Assembly: GCA_020637395.1 (NCBI GenBank)
Contig: JACJWA010000001.1
Span: forward strand, 979,639 to 1,043,638
Length of the DNA: 64,000 nt
Source of the DNA: Calditrichota bacterium
GTDB taxonomy: Bacteria; Electryoneota; RPQS01
Direction: 5' to 3'
Under the pieces are notes generated by a model. The model was not told the origin of the DNA. It ran no database searches and worked only from the letters and a program-made list of their open reading frames with translations. Shown here piece by piece: positions 26,289 through 34,727 of the stretch (position 1 is the stretch's first letter; every line of letters starts with the position of its first letter). The translations under genes and the position numbers were made by a program.

Positions 26289-27190
26289 ATCGAAACGGAA
26301 AGGCTCTGCCGCTGATCCTGCTGATCTGTCTTGTCCTGCTAATCGCCGCAGCCTACTGGTATTGGGGAAGGGGACCCGAGTATTCGCTTGATACTCTGCG
26401 CAGTACTCGAGCGGAGCTACGGTCGCACGACCTCAAGTTTCTCTCGCGGGGCAGGGACTTCGCCTGCTACACCGTCACTCTGGCCAGCATGACCGGCGAT
26501 ACTGTGCATGCTGTGTATCGCCTGCCTGCGAGCGAACAACGCGTCAAGACTCTTTTGCTCTTCTATGATCAGGCGGAAGACGTCAATATCCGCGAACTGC
26601 TGGACGATATGCCTAAGGCGAATCTTGCGGCGGTGATGGCTTGCAACATCCGTCAGTTCAGCCCTGTAAACGGAAGTCAAGACTCGCGCTATTCGCGAAC
26701 CCAACTCTGGAGACAACTTGACGCGACCCGGAAGGGATTAGACGTGCTATTGCAGTTTGCGCGCAAACATCATGTCGTGGATACAAGCATGGTGTGTGTG
26801 GCGGCAAGCGAGTTTGCCGATTTGCCGCTTGCACTGTGCCTGAAGGACCTTCCATTCCCCGTTGCTGCAGCGGCGTTCGTTGATTTTCAAAAGAGTGCGA
26901 ACGAATGGGCAGACAAGGCTCCTTCTGCGCTCCGCGATATTAACACGCTGCTTGAAGTTCCTTCTTCACTGGACGTGGTGCTTGTCGAAGCTTCCAAATC
27001 TCATGACAACGACCTTCTGTCGCTCATGCATGCTCAGCGGATCGAACTCCGTCCGGAATCCGGCGAATCGCTACTGAAGAGTGGAACTCGCGCGGTGCTG
27101 GACTGGATGATCGGCGACGTCGAGGAAGTGGCGCGCCCCGCCGCAGTTCCGGACTCTTCAACCCTAAGAACTCTTCAGATGGGACGCTAA
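26282..27190 (+). CDS. Membrane-anchored hypothetical protein (degenerate alpha/beta-hydrolase-like)
   Basis: N-terminal TM helix LPLILLICLVLLIAAAYWYW. I recognise no catalytic motif (AASEF sits where GxSxG would be expected). It overlaps the iscS stop by 7 nt and ends 4 nt before mnmA. Confidence 0.5.
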   Translation: MLNRNGKALPLILLICLVLLIAAAYWYWGRGPEYSLDTLRSTRAELRSHDLKFLSRGRDFACYTVTLASMTGDTVHAVYRLPASEQRVKTLLLFYDQAEDVNIRELLDDMPKANLAAVMACNIRQFSPVNGSQDSRYSRTQLWRQLDATRKGLDVLLQFARKHHVVDTSMVCVAASEFADLPLALCLKDLPFPVAAAAFVDFQKSANEWADKAPSALRDINTLLEVPSSLDVVLVEASKSHDNDLLSLMHAQRIELRPESGESLLKSGTRAVLDWMIGDVEEVARPAAVPDSSTLRTLQMGR

Positions 27191-27194
27191 GCCC

Positions 27195-28346
27195 TTGACG
27201 GTCTCGCTATCACTTCCTGCTCCAACATCGGACAAGCGCACTCGTGCTGTCGTGGCCATTGCCATGTCGGGAGGAGTGGACAGCTCTGTCGCGGCCGCGT
27301 TGCTGTTGGAGCAGGGCTATGATGTCATCGGGTTGACGATGCATCTCTGGACCGATGAAAAGGGACAGGAGATGTCGCTGAATCGAGCCAGCGGCTGCTG
27401 CAGCATTACGATGGCACAGGATGCGCGCGAGGTGGCGGACAGGTTGGGGTTCAAACACTACGTGCTGAATCTTTCCAAAGAGTTCCATGGTTCGGTAGTT
27501 GAGAACTTCGCCGGCGAGTACCTGCGCGGCCGCACACCGAATCCGTGCGTGCGCTGCAATACTATTGTCAAATGGCAGACCCTGCTTGAGAAGGCGCGCA
27601 AACTCGGCTGCGAGTATCTGGCGACCGGACACTACGCGAGAATAGAACGAGATGGTGACAGGGCGAAGCTACTGCGCGCCGCCTATCCGGAGAAGGATCA
27701 GTCCTACGCACTTTGGGGTCTTTCGCAGTACAGCCTGAATCACACCCTGTTTCCGCTGGGAGACTTGCCCAAGCCTGAGGTGCGCGAAATCGCCCGGAGG
27801 TTTGATTTGGTCACCGCAGATAAGCCGGAAAGCCAGGACATCTGTTTTGTTCCCGACAACAACTATCGCAGATTCCTGGAAGACAACTACTCTTCGCAGT
27901 TGAAAGTCTTGGGCGGCGGCGAGGTGATCGGACCGGACGGACAAGTTCTTGCGCATCACGATGGAATCGCGAATTTCACGGTGGGACAACGCAAGGGACT
28001 GCGCGTCTCAGCGGACCGCCCCCTGTATGTCACGCGCATTGATCCTGAAACGGATCGTGTGTACGTGGACTACGAAGAGAACTGTCTGTCATCGTCCGCA
28101 GTGGGACACGATGTGAATTGGGTGTCCATCGCGGAACCAAGCCAAGCGATTGAGTGCGAAGTCAAAGTTCGTTATCGCTCAGAACCCGTGCCTGCCGTGC
28201 TGCGAGTCCTTGGCAACGGACGTGTGAAGATCGAGTTTGATAAGCCCGTGCGCGCGGTCACGCCCGGCCAGTCCGCAGTCTTCTACAGGGACGATTGTGT
28301 ATTGGGCGGAGCCATTCTATCCGAACCGGAAGGAGTGCATCCATGA
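27195..28346 (+). CDS. mnmA: tRNA 2-thiouridine(34) synthase
   Basis: PP-loop VAIAMSGGVDSSVAA, catalytic Cys contexts NPCVRCN and QDICF, and KDQSY. Confidence 0.93.
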   Translation: MTVSLSLPAPTSDKRTRAVVAIAMSGGVDSSVAAALLLEQGYDVIGLTMHLWTDEKGQEMSLNRASGCCSITMAQDAREVADRLGFKHYVLNLSKEFHGSVVENFAGEYLRGRTPNPCVRCNTIVKWQTLLEKARKLGCEYLATGHYARIERDGDRAKLLRAAYPEKDQSYALWGLSQYSLNHTLFPLGDLPKPEVREIARRFDLVTADKPESQDICFVPDNNYRRFLEDNYSSQLKVLGGGEVIGPDGQVLAHHDGIANFTVGQRKGLRVSADRPLYVTRIDPETDRVYVDYEENCLSSSAVGHDVNWVSIAEPSQAIECEVKVRYRSEPVPAVLRVLGNGRVKIEFDKPVRAVTPGQSAVFYRDDCVLGGAILSEPEGVHP

Positions 28347-29215
28347 GCAAGCAAAGCGTGTTTCCACGAGTCACCGCTCCGCAGATCATCCGCTGCAAGG
28401 AAGAGAAGCGGAAAGTCGTTGGCTTGACCGCTTACGACGCGGTGTTTGCGGCGTTGGAAGAAGAAGCCGGAGTGGATTTTCTGCTCGTTGGAGATAGCGC
28501 GGGCAATGTCATCGCCGGGCATGCCACGACGATTCCCATGACCATGGACGCGATGTTGTTTCTGACGCGCTGCGTCTCGAGGGGAACGTCGCGAGTTATG
28601 GTTGTCGCCGACATGCCGTTCGGGTCATTTCAAGTTTCAACCGAAGAAGCACTGCACAATGCGATTCGATTCTTGAAAGAAGGCGGGGCGCAGGCAGTTA
28701 AGCTCGAAGGCGCGGGATACCTGCTGCCGACAATCAGGCGAATGGTTGAGGCCGGAATTCCGGTTATGGGGCATTTGGGACTGACTCCGCAAATGATCAA
28801 CGTCTTTGGCGGCTATGGGGTTCAAGCAACCACGGCCCAAGAAGGCGAACAACTGATTCAACAGGCGCGCGATCTTGAAGAGGCCGGATGTTTCGCAATC
28901 GTCTTGGAGAAGATTCCGGCGAGTCTTGCTGAGCGGGTTACCGAGGTCATCAAGATTCCCACAATTGGCATCGGATCCGGCGCCGGATGTGACGGACAAA
29001 TCCTTGTGAACTACGATCTGCTCGGCGTTTTTGACAAGTTCAAGCCGCGATTTGTGCGGCACTACATGAATGGCGCGGAGCAGATTCGCAACGCCGTCAG
29101 CGCATGGGTGAGTGACGTGCGAGAAGGGAGCTTCCCCGGTAAGAGCGAGTCTTACGACGCAAAGCCGCAAAGAGTTGAGCCCAAAGCAGCCAAGCGGGGC
29201 CGCAAAGCGGAATGA
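28343..29215 (+). CDS. panB: 3-methyl-2-oxobutanoate hydroxymethyltransferase
   Basis: Motifs LTAYD, LLVGDS, VVADMPFGS, VKLEGG-like (VKLEGA) and GIGSGAGCDGQ. ATG 28343 overlaps the mnmA stop (ATGA). Confidence 0.92.
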   Translation: MSKQSVFPRVTAPQIIRCKEEKRKVVGLTAYDAVFAALEEEAGVDFLLVGDSAGNVIAGHATTIPMTMDAMLFLTRCVSRGTSRVMVVADMPFGSFQVSTEEALHNAIRFLKEGGAQAVKLEGAGYLLPTIRRMVEAGIPVMGHLGLTPQMINVFGGYGVQATTAQEGEQLIQQARDLEEAGCFAIVLEKIPASLAERVTEVIKIPTIGIGSGAGCDGQILVNYDLLGVFDKFKPRFVRHYMNGAEQIRNAVSAWVSDVREGSFPGKSESYDAKPQRVEPKAAKRGRKAE

Positions 29216-30072
29216 AGGTCGTCACCTCGCACGCGGATCTCAAAATCGCACTGGATCCGATTTGGCGGTGCGGCGCTCCGATTGGATTCATTCCCACCAT
29301 GGGCGCGCTGCACGAAGGCCACCTCAGTCTGATGCGACTGTGCGGTCCATGCGATGTTCGTGTGGCTTCCATTTTCGTGAATCCCACTCAGTTTGGACCG
29401 AAAGAAGATTTTGGCCTGTATCCCCGAACGCTCGAAGATGACCTGAAGCTCCTTGAGCATGAGGGCCTTGACATCGTTTACGTGCCAACCGTCGAGGACA
29501 TGTATGGCGCGTCCGACGGTGTTTCTGTTCGGGCCGGCAAACTGGGTGAAAAGTGGGAAGGTGTGATTCGACCGGGACACTTTGATGGTGTGTTGACGGT
29601 GGTCTTGAAGTTCTTTTCGCGGATTCGTCCGGACCTGGCGGTGTTTGGCGAAAAGGATTTTCAGCAACTGACGCTTATTCGGGCGATGTGCCGTAGTCTG
29701 GATTTGCCTATACGAATTGTCGCGGGGGAAACGGTGCGCGAGGCCGACGGATTGGCCATGTCATCGCGAAACCGCTTCTTGAAACATGCTGCGCGGGAGC
29801 GGGCGGCAACGCTCTATCGAGCGCTCAGGAGAGGACAGTCTGCATTTGCAGAAGGAGATTCGTCGCTCGCAGTTGTTCGGGAGCAGATGAAGGCTGAACT
29901 TGCCGACGATATTGAAGTGGACTACCTGACGGTTCTGGACTCCGAATCCCTTGAAGAATCCGATCCGGTCAGACCCACAGGGCGTCTGCTTGGTGCGGTT
30001 CGACTGGGGAGCGTCCGCTTGATTGACAACATGCCGATTTCAGACGCAACTCTGGAACTTTCAAGAGCCTGA
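29212..30072 (+). CDS. panC: Pantoate--beta-alanine ligase
   Basis: Motifs PTMGALHEGHLSL, VASIFVNPTQF, RPGHFDGV, FGEKDFQQ and MSSRN. Confidence 0.92.
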   Translation: MKVVTSHADLKIALDPIWRCGAPIGFIPTMGALHEGHLSLMRLCGPCDVRVASIFVNPTQFGPKEDFGLYPRTLEDDLKLLEHEGLDIVYVPTVEDMYGASDGVSVRAGKLGEKWEGVIRPGHFDGVLTVVLKFFSRIRPDLAVFGEKDFQQLTLIRAMCRSLDLPIRIVAGETVREADGLAMSSRNRFLKHAARERAATLYRALRRGQSAFAEGDSSLAVVREQMKAELADDIEVDYLTVLDSESLEESDPVRPTGRLLGAVRLGSVRLIDNMPISDATLELSRA

Positions 30073-30085
30073 ACCAGTATTCGAC

Positions 30086-30835
30086 ATGAAGATCTCTGCT
30101 CTCGCCATTGTGATCTTGGCCGCCGGGAAGGGCACCCGGATGAACAGCGATTTGCCCAAGGTTTTACACAAAGTGGCAGGTCGCGAGCTGATATTGCGTG
30201 TACTGGACGTGGCAAACGAGCTTGACCCAGTAGAGACAGTTGTCGTCGTCGGTCACCAAAAAGAGCTGGTTCAGGCCGCTATTCACGGCTCTGGGGTGAA
30301 AACCGCCGTGCAAGACCCTCCCAAGGGAACGGGTCACGCCGTCATGCAGGCGGAAGCTGCTCTGACTGACGACGCAAAAAACGTTCTGATCCTTTCTGGT
30401 GATGTTCCCTTATTACGGGCAGATACCTTGATACGTCTTGTTCGCGATCACATCATCGCCGCTTGCCAATTGACCGTCTTGTCAACTGCTGCACCGAATC
30501 CCCATGGCTACGGGCGAATCCTGCGCGATGAGTCTGGAAGCTTTGCAGGCATTGTGGAGGAACGCGACGCCACGGACGAACAGCGCAAGATCAGAGAAAT
30601 CAATAGCGGAGTCTATGTCGTTGAGAAGACTGAGCTGTTTTCTGCGCTGAAAGACGTCAAGCCGAACAATGCCAAGGCTGAGTATTACCTGACAGACATC
30701 GTCGGAATTCTCCGTGAGCAAGGGGCAAAGATTCAGGCTGTTTCACATGGGAGTTTTGACGAATTGCAGGGGATAAACACGCCGGAAGAACTACTTCGGG
30801 CCGAGCAACAGCTAAAGACCCGGATTGTCGGCTGA
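30086..30835 (+). CDS. glmU: GlmU-like UDP-N-acetylglucosamine pyrophosphorylase (uridyltransferase domain only, 249 aa)
   Basis: Motifs LAAGKGTRMNSDLPKVLH, GTGHAVMQA, LILSGDVPLL, GYGRILRDE, EINSGVYV and EYYLTDIV. It ends at the linker helix (INTPEELLRAEQQL). No left-handed beta-helix acetyltransferase region follows in any frame. Confidence 0.75.
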   Translation: MKISALAIVILAAGKGTRMNSDLPKVLHKVAGRELILRVLDVANELDPVETVVVVGHQKELVQAAIHGSGVKTAVQDPPKGTGHAVMQAEAALTDDAKNVLILSGDVPLLRADTLIRLVRDHIIAACQLTVLSTAAPNPHGYGRILRDESGSFAGIVEERDATDEQRKIREINSGVYVVEKTELFSALKDVKPNNAKAEYYLTDIVGILREQGAKIQAVSHGSFDELQGINTPEELLRAEQQLKTRIVG

Positions 30836-30897
30836 AGTCTTGATTTTCAATGTATTTGTGCTTAACTTACGGTTCGACTTAAATTGCGGAGTTTCAC

Positions 30898-31416
30898 ATG
30901 AGCCGCTGGCTTGTTGTTCTGGCCGTTTGCGCAGTACTTTCCAGCACGTCCGTCGTGCTGGCTCAATTCCGTGCTCAGCAGAGCTCGAGCCCGACTTCCG
31001 AGTATTTGCGCGATCATGAGCAGCAACAGCTAAGTCTCAATGCAGTGCGCGGCCTGTTGGATCCTTCGCGAATGAAAATGTCGCACTCCGTCAGCTTTGG
31101 CTATGCCAGTCTTGGCGGCACAGGAGTCTCGCGCGGCTTGTACATGAACCGCATTGACTATCAGTTGGCCAAACCGCTGATGTTGACCACGCACCTCGGT
31201 TATCAGTTCCAACCCAGTGGTCCTGCTGAATGGAATCCCGCCACTACAGGTCAGGATTTTGTAGGCGCCGCCGATCTGACTTGGCAGCCGACTTCCAATG
31301 CGCTGTTTCGTTTGTCCGTCGCAAAGGGAATGGCGCCTTCCAACATGTACGGATACTCACCCTACGGCAGCTGGGGCTATGGCTACCAGCCATGGATGTT
31401 TCCCGGTAGACCGTAG
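30898..31416 (+). CDS. Secreted hypothetical protein (172 aa) with an aromatic/Gly-rich C-terminus
   Basis: Signal peptide MSRWLVVLAVCAVLSSTSVVLAQ. The sequence is beta-rich and ends YGYSPYGSWGYGYQPWMFPGRP. Confidence 0.5.
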   Translation: MSRWLVVLAVCAVLSSTSVVLAQFRAQQSSSPTSEYLRDHEQQQLSLNAVRGLLDPSRMKMSHSVSFGYASLGGTGVSRGLYMNRIDYQLAKPLMLTTHLGYQFQPSGPAEWNPATTGQDFVGAADLTWQPTSNALFRLSVAKGMAPSNMYGYSPYGSWGYGYQPWMFPGRP

Positions 31417-31493
31417 CGCGGCGTGAGCACTTCTATCGAGAACTTGTTTCATCAGTTTGCACGCCTGCCGGATCGGTTGGCCATTTGAAGCGA

Positions 31494-31524
31494 CCGGGAG
31501 TGACAAGTTCTCGGTTGTTTTTTT
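31494..31524 (+). terminator. Rho-independent terminator
   Basis: A 7-bp stem CCGGGAG/TTCTCGG (two G-U pairs) with loop TGACAAG, followed by TTGTTTTTTT. Confidence 0.6.
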
Positions 31525-31591
31525 GCCGCCCGGCCGCCGCGTCATACCCTTCCCCACCTTGTGATTTGACTTAGACTTCTGGAGATTTCGA

Positions 31592-32140
31592 CTGAGCACT
31601 GTTCAACCCTTTGATCTTGCCAAGCAGATTGCCCAGGCTGCGCTGGAAAAAAAAGCTGAAGACGTTAAGATTCTTGATCTCACCGAGCTTGACACGGTGA
31701 CGGACTACTTTGTGATCTGCACAGGTGAGGTCAATCAGCAGGTCAAGGCTATCGCCACACATATTGAACGCAGCGCGCGCGAGACGCTTGGCGAAAAAGC
31801 CGCTCATCGCGAAGGCATGGACGCGCTGAACTGGGTCTTGATAGACTACATTGACGTGGTTGCGCACGTTTTTCGCCCGAGCTTCAGAGACTACTATCGC
31901 TTGGAAGACTTATGGAGCGATGCTCCGGTGATCGAAGTTCGCGATGGAGAGATTGTGAGCAAGCCAGCGGTGAAGAAGGCCGCGAAGCGACCCGCCGCCA
32001 AGAAGAAAGCAGTCAAGAAGTCCGCTGCCAAGCGCAAGACTCCGGTCAAGAGGGCCGCGGTAAAAAAGAAAGCCGCGAAGAAGGCAGTCAAGAAAGCACC
32101 TGCAAAGACCGCGCGCAAGACGCGAAGCAAGTCCGCGTGA
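31592..32140 (+). CDS. rsfS: Ribosomal silencing factor RsfS fused to a Lys/Ala-rich histone-H1-like tail; probable CTG start
   Basis: The RsfS core is LAKQIAQAALEKKAEDVKILDL...TDYFVICTG...WVLIDYIDVVAHVFRP..R.YYRLEDLW. The conserved N-terminal part lies upstream of the first canonical start (GTG 31697). CTG 31592 has a GGAG 7 nt upstream, and an in-frame TGA sits at 31562. Confidence 0.8.
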   Translation: MSTVQPFDLAKQIAQAALEKKAEDVKILDLTELDTVTDYFVICTGEVNQQVKAIATHIERSARETLGEKAAHREGMDALNWVLIDYIDVVAHVFRPSFRDYYRLEDLWSDAPVIEVRDGEIVSKPAVKKAAKRPAAKKKAVKKSAAKRKTPVKRAAVKKKAAKKAVKKAPAKTARKTRSKSA

Positions 32141-33777
32141 GACGGGCGCACACACATCTTTCCGCTGCGCTGACCGCCGCACTGAAAGCGCAGGGTGTGG
32201 AATTGCCGACGGTCACGCTCGAGAAACCGCGTGATCCCGCGCATGGCGACATCGCGACCAATGCGGCGCTTGTTCACGCAAAAGCATTGAAAGTTGCTCC
32301 GCGCGCCCTGGCAGAAAAACTGCTCGCGGAGTTGGAACTTGATCCGAGCTTGCTCACGTGCGAAGGAGTCGCCGGGCCTGGATTCATCAACTTTCGATTC
32401 GCGTCTGCCTACTTGCAGTCGCTGGTTGGACAAGCGCTTGAGCGTTCTGAGGAGTTTGGTCGGAGTGACCTGCTTGCCGGAAAAAGAATTCTGATCGAAT
32501 TCGTTTCAGCCAATCCCACAGGACCGCTCAATGTTGTGAGTGCGCGTGCAGCCGCGGTAGGCGATGCGCTTTGCCGGATCTATCGGGAGCTTGGCGCCGA
32601 GTGCGACGGAGAGTTCTATGTCAACGACGCGGGAAATCAGGTGGACCTGTTGGGCCGCTCCGTGCTTGCGCAGTATGAAACGCTCCGGGGAAACGTCACG
32701 GAGATTCCTGAAGGCGGGTATCACGGGGAATACCTGAATAGCTTCGCGCGAAGCGTTTTAGACTCTTCGGGCGATGTTTACCATGACATGCCTGAGGACG
32801 AGGCCGCTGCTGCGCTGGGGAAACTGGCGATTGAACATCACATCGCCATGCATCGTCACTCGCTGGAAGCCTTTCGCGTGCAAATGTCCAGTTGGTTTCA
32901 CGAAAGCGCGCTCCGGGACAAGCGCGCCGAGTGGAAAGCGCTTGAAGAACTGGAGCGGCGCGGGGCGATCTTCGAGAAGGATGGAGCAAAGTTTGTCCTG
33001 ACGTCAGAGTTCGGCGATACGCAAGACTGGGTGGTGGTCACGTCGCAGGGAAAACCGACGTACTTCCTTCCGGATATTGCCTATCACTTGGACAAGTTCC
33101 ACAGGGGATACGATCTCATTTTGGACATACTTGGTCCGGATCATCACTCGTACATCACAAAGATGACCGCCGCCATGTCCGCGCTGGGCGAAGACGCGAA
33201 GCGGCTCGAAATCATGCTGCTGCAGCACATCACGCTTTTGCGCGACGGCGAACCCGTGAAGATGTCCAAGCGAGCCGGACAGATCATTGAGATGGACGAA
33301 CTGCTGGAAGAAGTGGGCGTGGACGCCGCAAGATATTTCTTTTTGTTGCGCCGAACGTCCACGCCGCTGGACTTCGACATTGAGCTTGCGAAGCGACAGT
33401 CGGATGACAACCCGGTGTTTTATGCACAGTATGCTCATGCACGAATCGCGTCCATCTTTCGGCGCGCGGAGCTTGAGCCCCCGACAAGCGCCAGTCATCT
33501 TGATCTGCTGACACATGACGAAGAACTGACGTTGCTGCGCAGATTGCGCGAGTTGAATGACGTTCTGGCGGACTGTGCGGACAGTCGGGATCCTCACGCG
33601 CTCACGGTTTGGCTGCGGGAAGTTGCCGCACAGTTTCATCGTTTCTATCATCATTGCCGCGTCCTGACGACGCCGGCAGAACTTCAAACGGCGCGGCTCT
33701 GCTTATGCCGTGCCACCCAAATCGCCCTCAAGCGCGGGCTTGCGCTGTGCGGCGTTCACGCACCTATGGAGATGTAG
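32137..33777 (+). CDS. argS: Arginine--tRNA ligase
   Basis: Motifs PRDPAHGDIATN, class I HIGH-region variant SANPTGPLNVVSAR, and KMSKR (VKMSKRAG). GTG 32137 overlaps the rsfS stop (GTGA). The track's upstream extension is an alternative-frame read-through of the rsfS tail. Confidence 0.95.
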   Translation: MRRAHTHLSAALTAALKAQGVELPTVTLEKPRDPAHGDIATNAALVHAKALKVAPRALAEKLLAELELDPSLLTCEGVAGPGFINFRFASAYLQSLVGQALERSEEFGRSDLLAGKRILIEFVSANPTGPLNVVSARAAAVGDALCRIYRELGAECDGEFYVNDAGNQVDLLGRSVLAQYETLRGNVTEIPEGGYHGEYLNSFARSVLDSSGDVYHDMPEDEAAAALGKLAIEHHIAMHRHSLEAFRVQMSSWFHESALRDKRAEWKALEELERRGAIFEKDGAKFVLTSEFGDTQDWVVVTSQGKPTYFLPDIAYHLDKFHRGYDLILDILGPDHHSYITKMTAAMSALGEDAKRLEIMLLQHITLLRDGEPVKMSKRAGQIIEMDELLEEVGVDAARYFFLLRRTSTPLDFDIELAKRQSDDNPVFYAQYAHARIASIFRRAELEPPTSASHLDLLTHDEELTLLRRLRELNDVLADCADSRDPHALTVWLREVAAQFHRFYHHCRVLTTPAELQTARLCLCRATQIALKRGLALCGVHAPMEM

Positions 33778-33779
33778 TT

Positions 33780-34727
33780 TTGAGTTCCGTATCGAGTTCC
33801 AAGAAAGTGAATAAGGCCGCAGAGCCTCAAGTCGTGGTGGTCGGAAGTGTGGCGGTGGATGTGCTCCACACTCCTTCCGTTGAAGGCAAAGTAGTCTTGG
33901 GCGGATCCGCTTTTCATTTCGCAAACGCTGCCTCACGATTTGCCTCGGTCGGTATGGTGGGAGCCGTTGGTGAAGACTATCCGTTTGAGCAGGCAGAGTT
34001 CCTGAGACGGAGAAAAGTTGATTTCGGCGGAGTGGAGGTCAAGCCGGGTCAGACCTTCCTGTGGGAGGGCCGCTATCACGAGGGCTTTCGCACCCGCGAG
34101 ACGATTCGCACCGAACTCGGAGTTTTTGAACATTTCGCGCCGACGCTGCCCGCGTCCTATCGTCAGCCCGACATCCTGTTCCTTGCGGCAATCGAACCTC
34201 GCTTGCAATTGGAAGTTCTGCGACAAGTAAAACGTCCGAAGCTTGTGGCGATTGACACGTTTCAACTTTGGATTGACATCGCTCGCAACGATTTCATGAA
34301 AGTCTTGAAACAAGTTGACCTTCTGTTCGTGGACGAATTCGAAGCCAGACATCTCACCGGCGCGGACAGTTTGATTCGCGCCGCGCGTGACTTGCAAAGT
34401 TTCGGTCCGAAGTGGGTCATCGTGAAAAAAGGAGAGCACGGCAGTTTTCTCGCGTCACCAAACGGACTGTTCATGACTCAACCGTTTCCAGTTGAGCAAG
34501 TGGTTGACCCCACCGGCGCGGGAGATTCCTATGCAGGCACGCTGCTGGGATATCTTGCTGCGGCGAAGACGATCAATGAAACGAACATCCGACGCGGCAT
34601 GCAGTGGGCGAGTGTAGTCGGCTCGTTCTATGTCCAAGGATTTGGTCCGGATGGCTTGAAAGACCGCTCACGCGATGAACTCATTGATAGGCACAAGGCA
34701 TTGCTTGCCATGACTCAGGTTCGATGA
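33780..34727 (+). CDS. PfkB-family carbohydrate/nucleoside kinase
   Basis: Motifs VVVVGSVAVD, GGSAFHFA and DPTGAGDSYAG (the PfkB anion-hole motif). The start is probably TTG 33780, 2 nt after the argS stop. Confidence 0.8.
   Translation: MSSVSSSKKVNKAAEPQVVVVGSVAVDVLHTPSVEGKVVLGGSAFHFANAASRFASVGMVGAVGEDYPFEQAEFLRRRKVDFGGVEVKPGQTFLWEGRYHEGFRTRETIRTELGVFEHFAPTLPASYRQPDILFLAAIEPRLQLEVLRQVKRPKLVAIDTFQLWIDIARNDFMKVLKQVDLLFVDEFEARHLTGADSLIRAARDLQSFGPKWVIVKKGEHGSFLASPNGLFMTQPFPVEQVVDPTGAGDSYAGTLLGYLAAAKTINETNIRRGMQWASVVGSFYVQGFGPDGLKDRSRDELIDRHKALLAMTQVR

Noticed and set aside
31912-32136. A 75-codon N-terminal extension of the argS ORF overlapping the rsfS tail.
   Set aside because: It is the +1 frame of the Lys/Ala-rich rsfS tail, giving an E/R/G/Q-rich low-complexity artefact. 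ArgS homology (…PRDPAHGDIATN) begins just after GTG 32137, which overlaps the rsfS stop.
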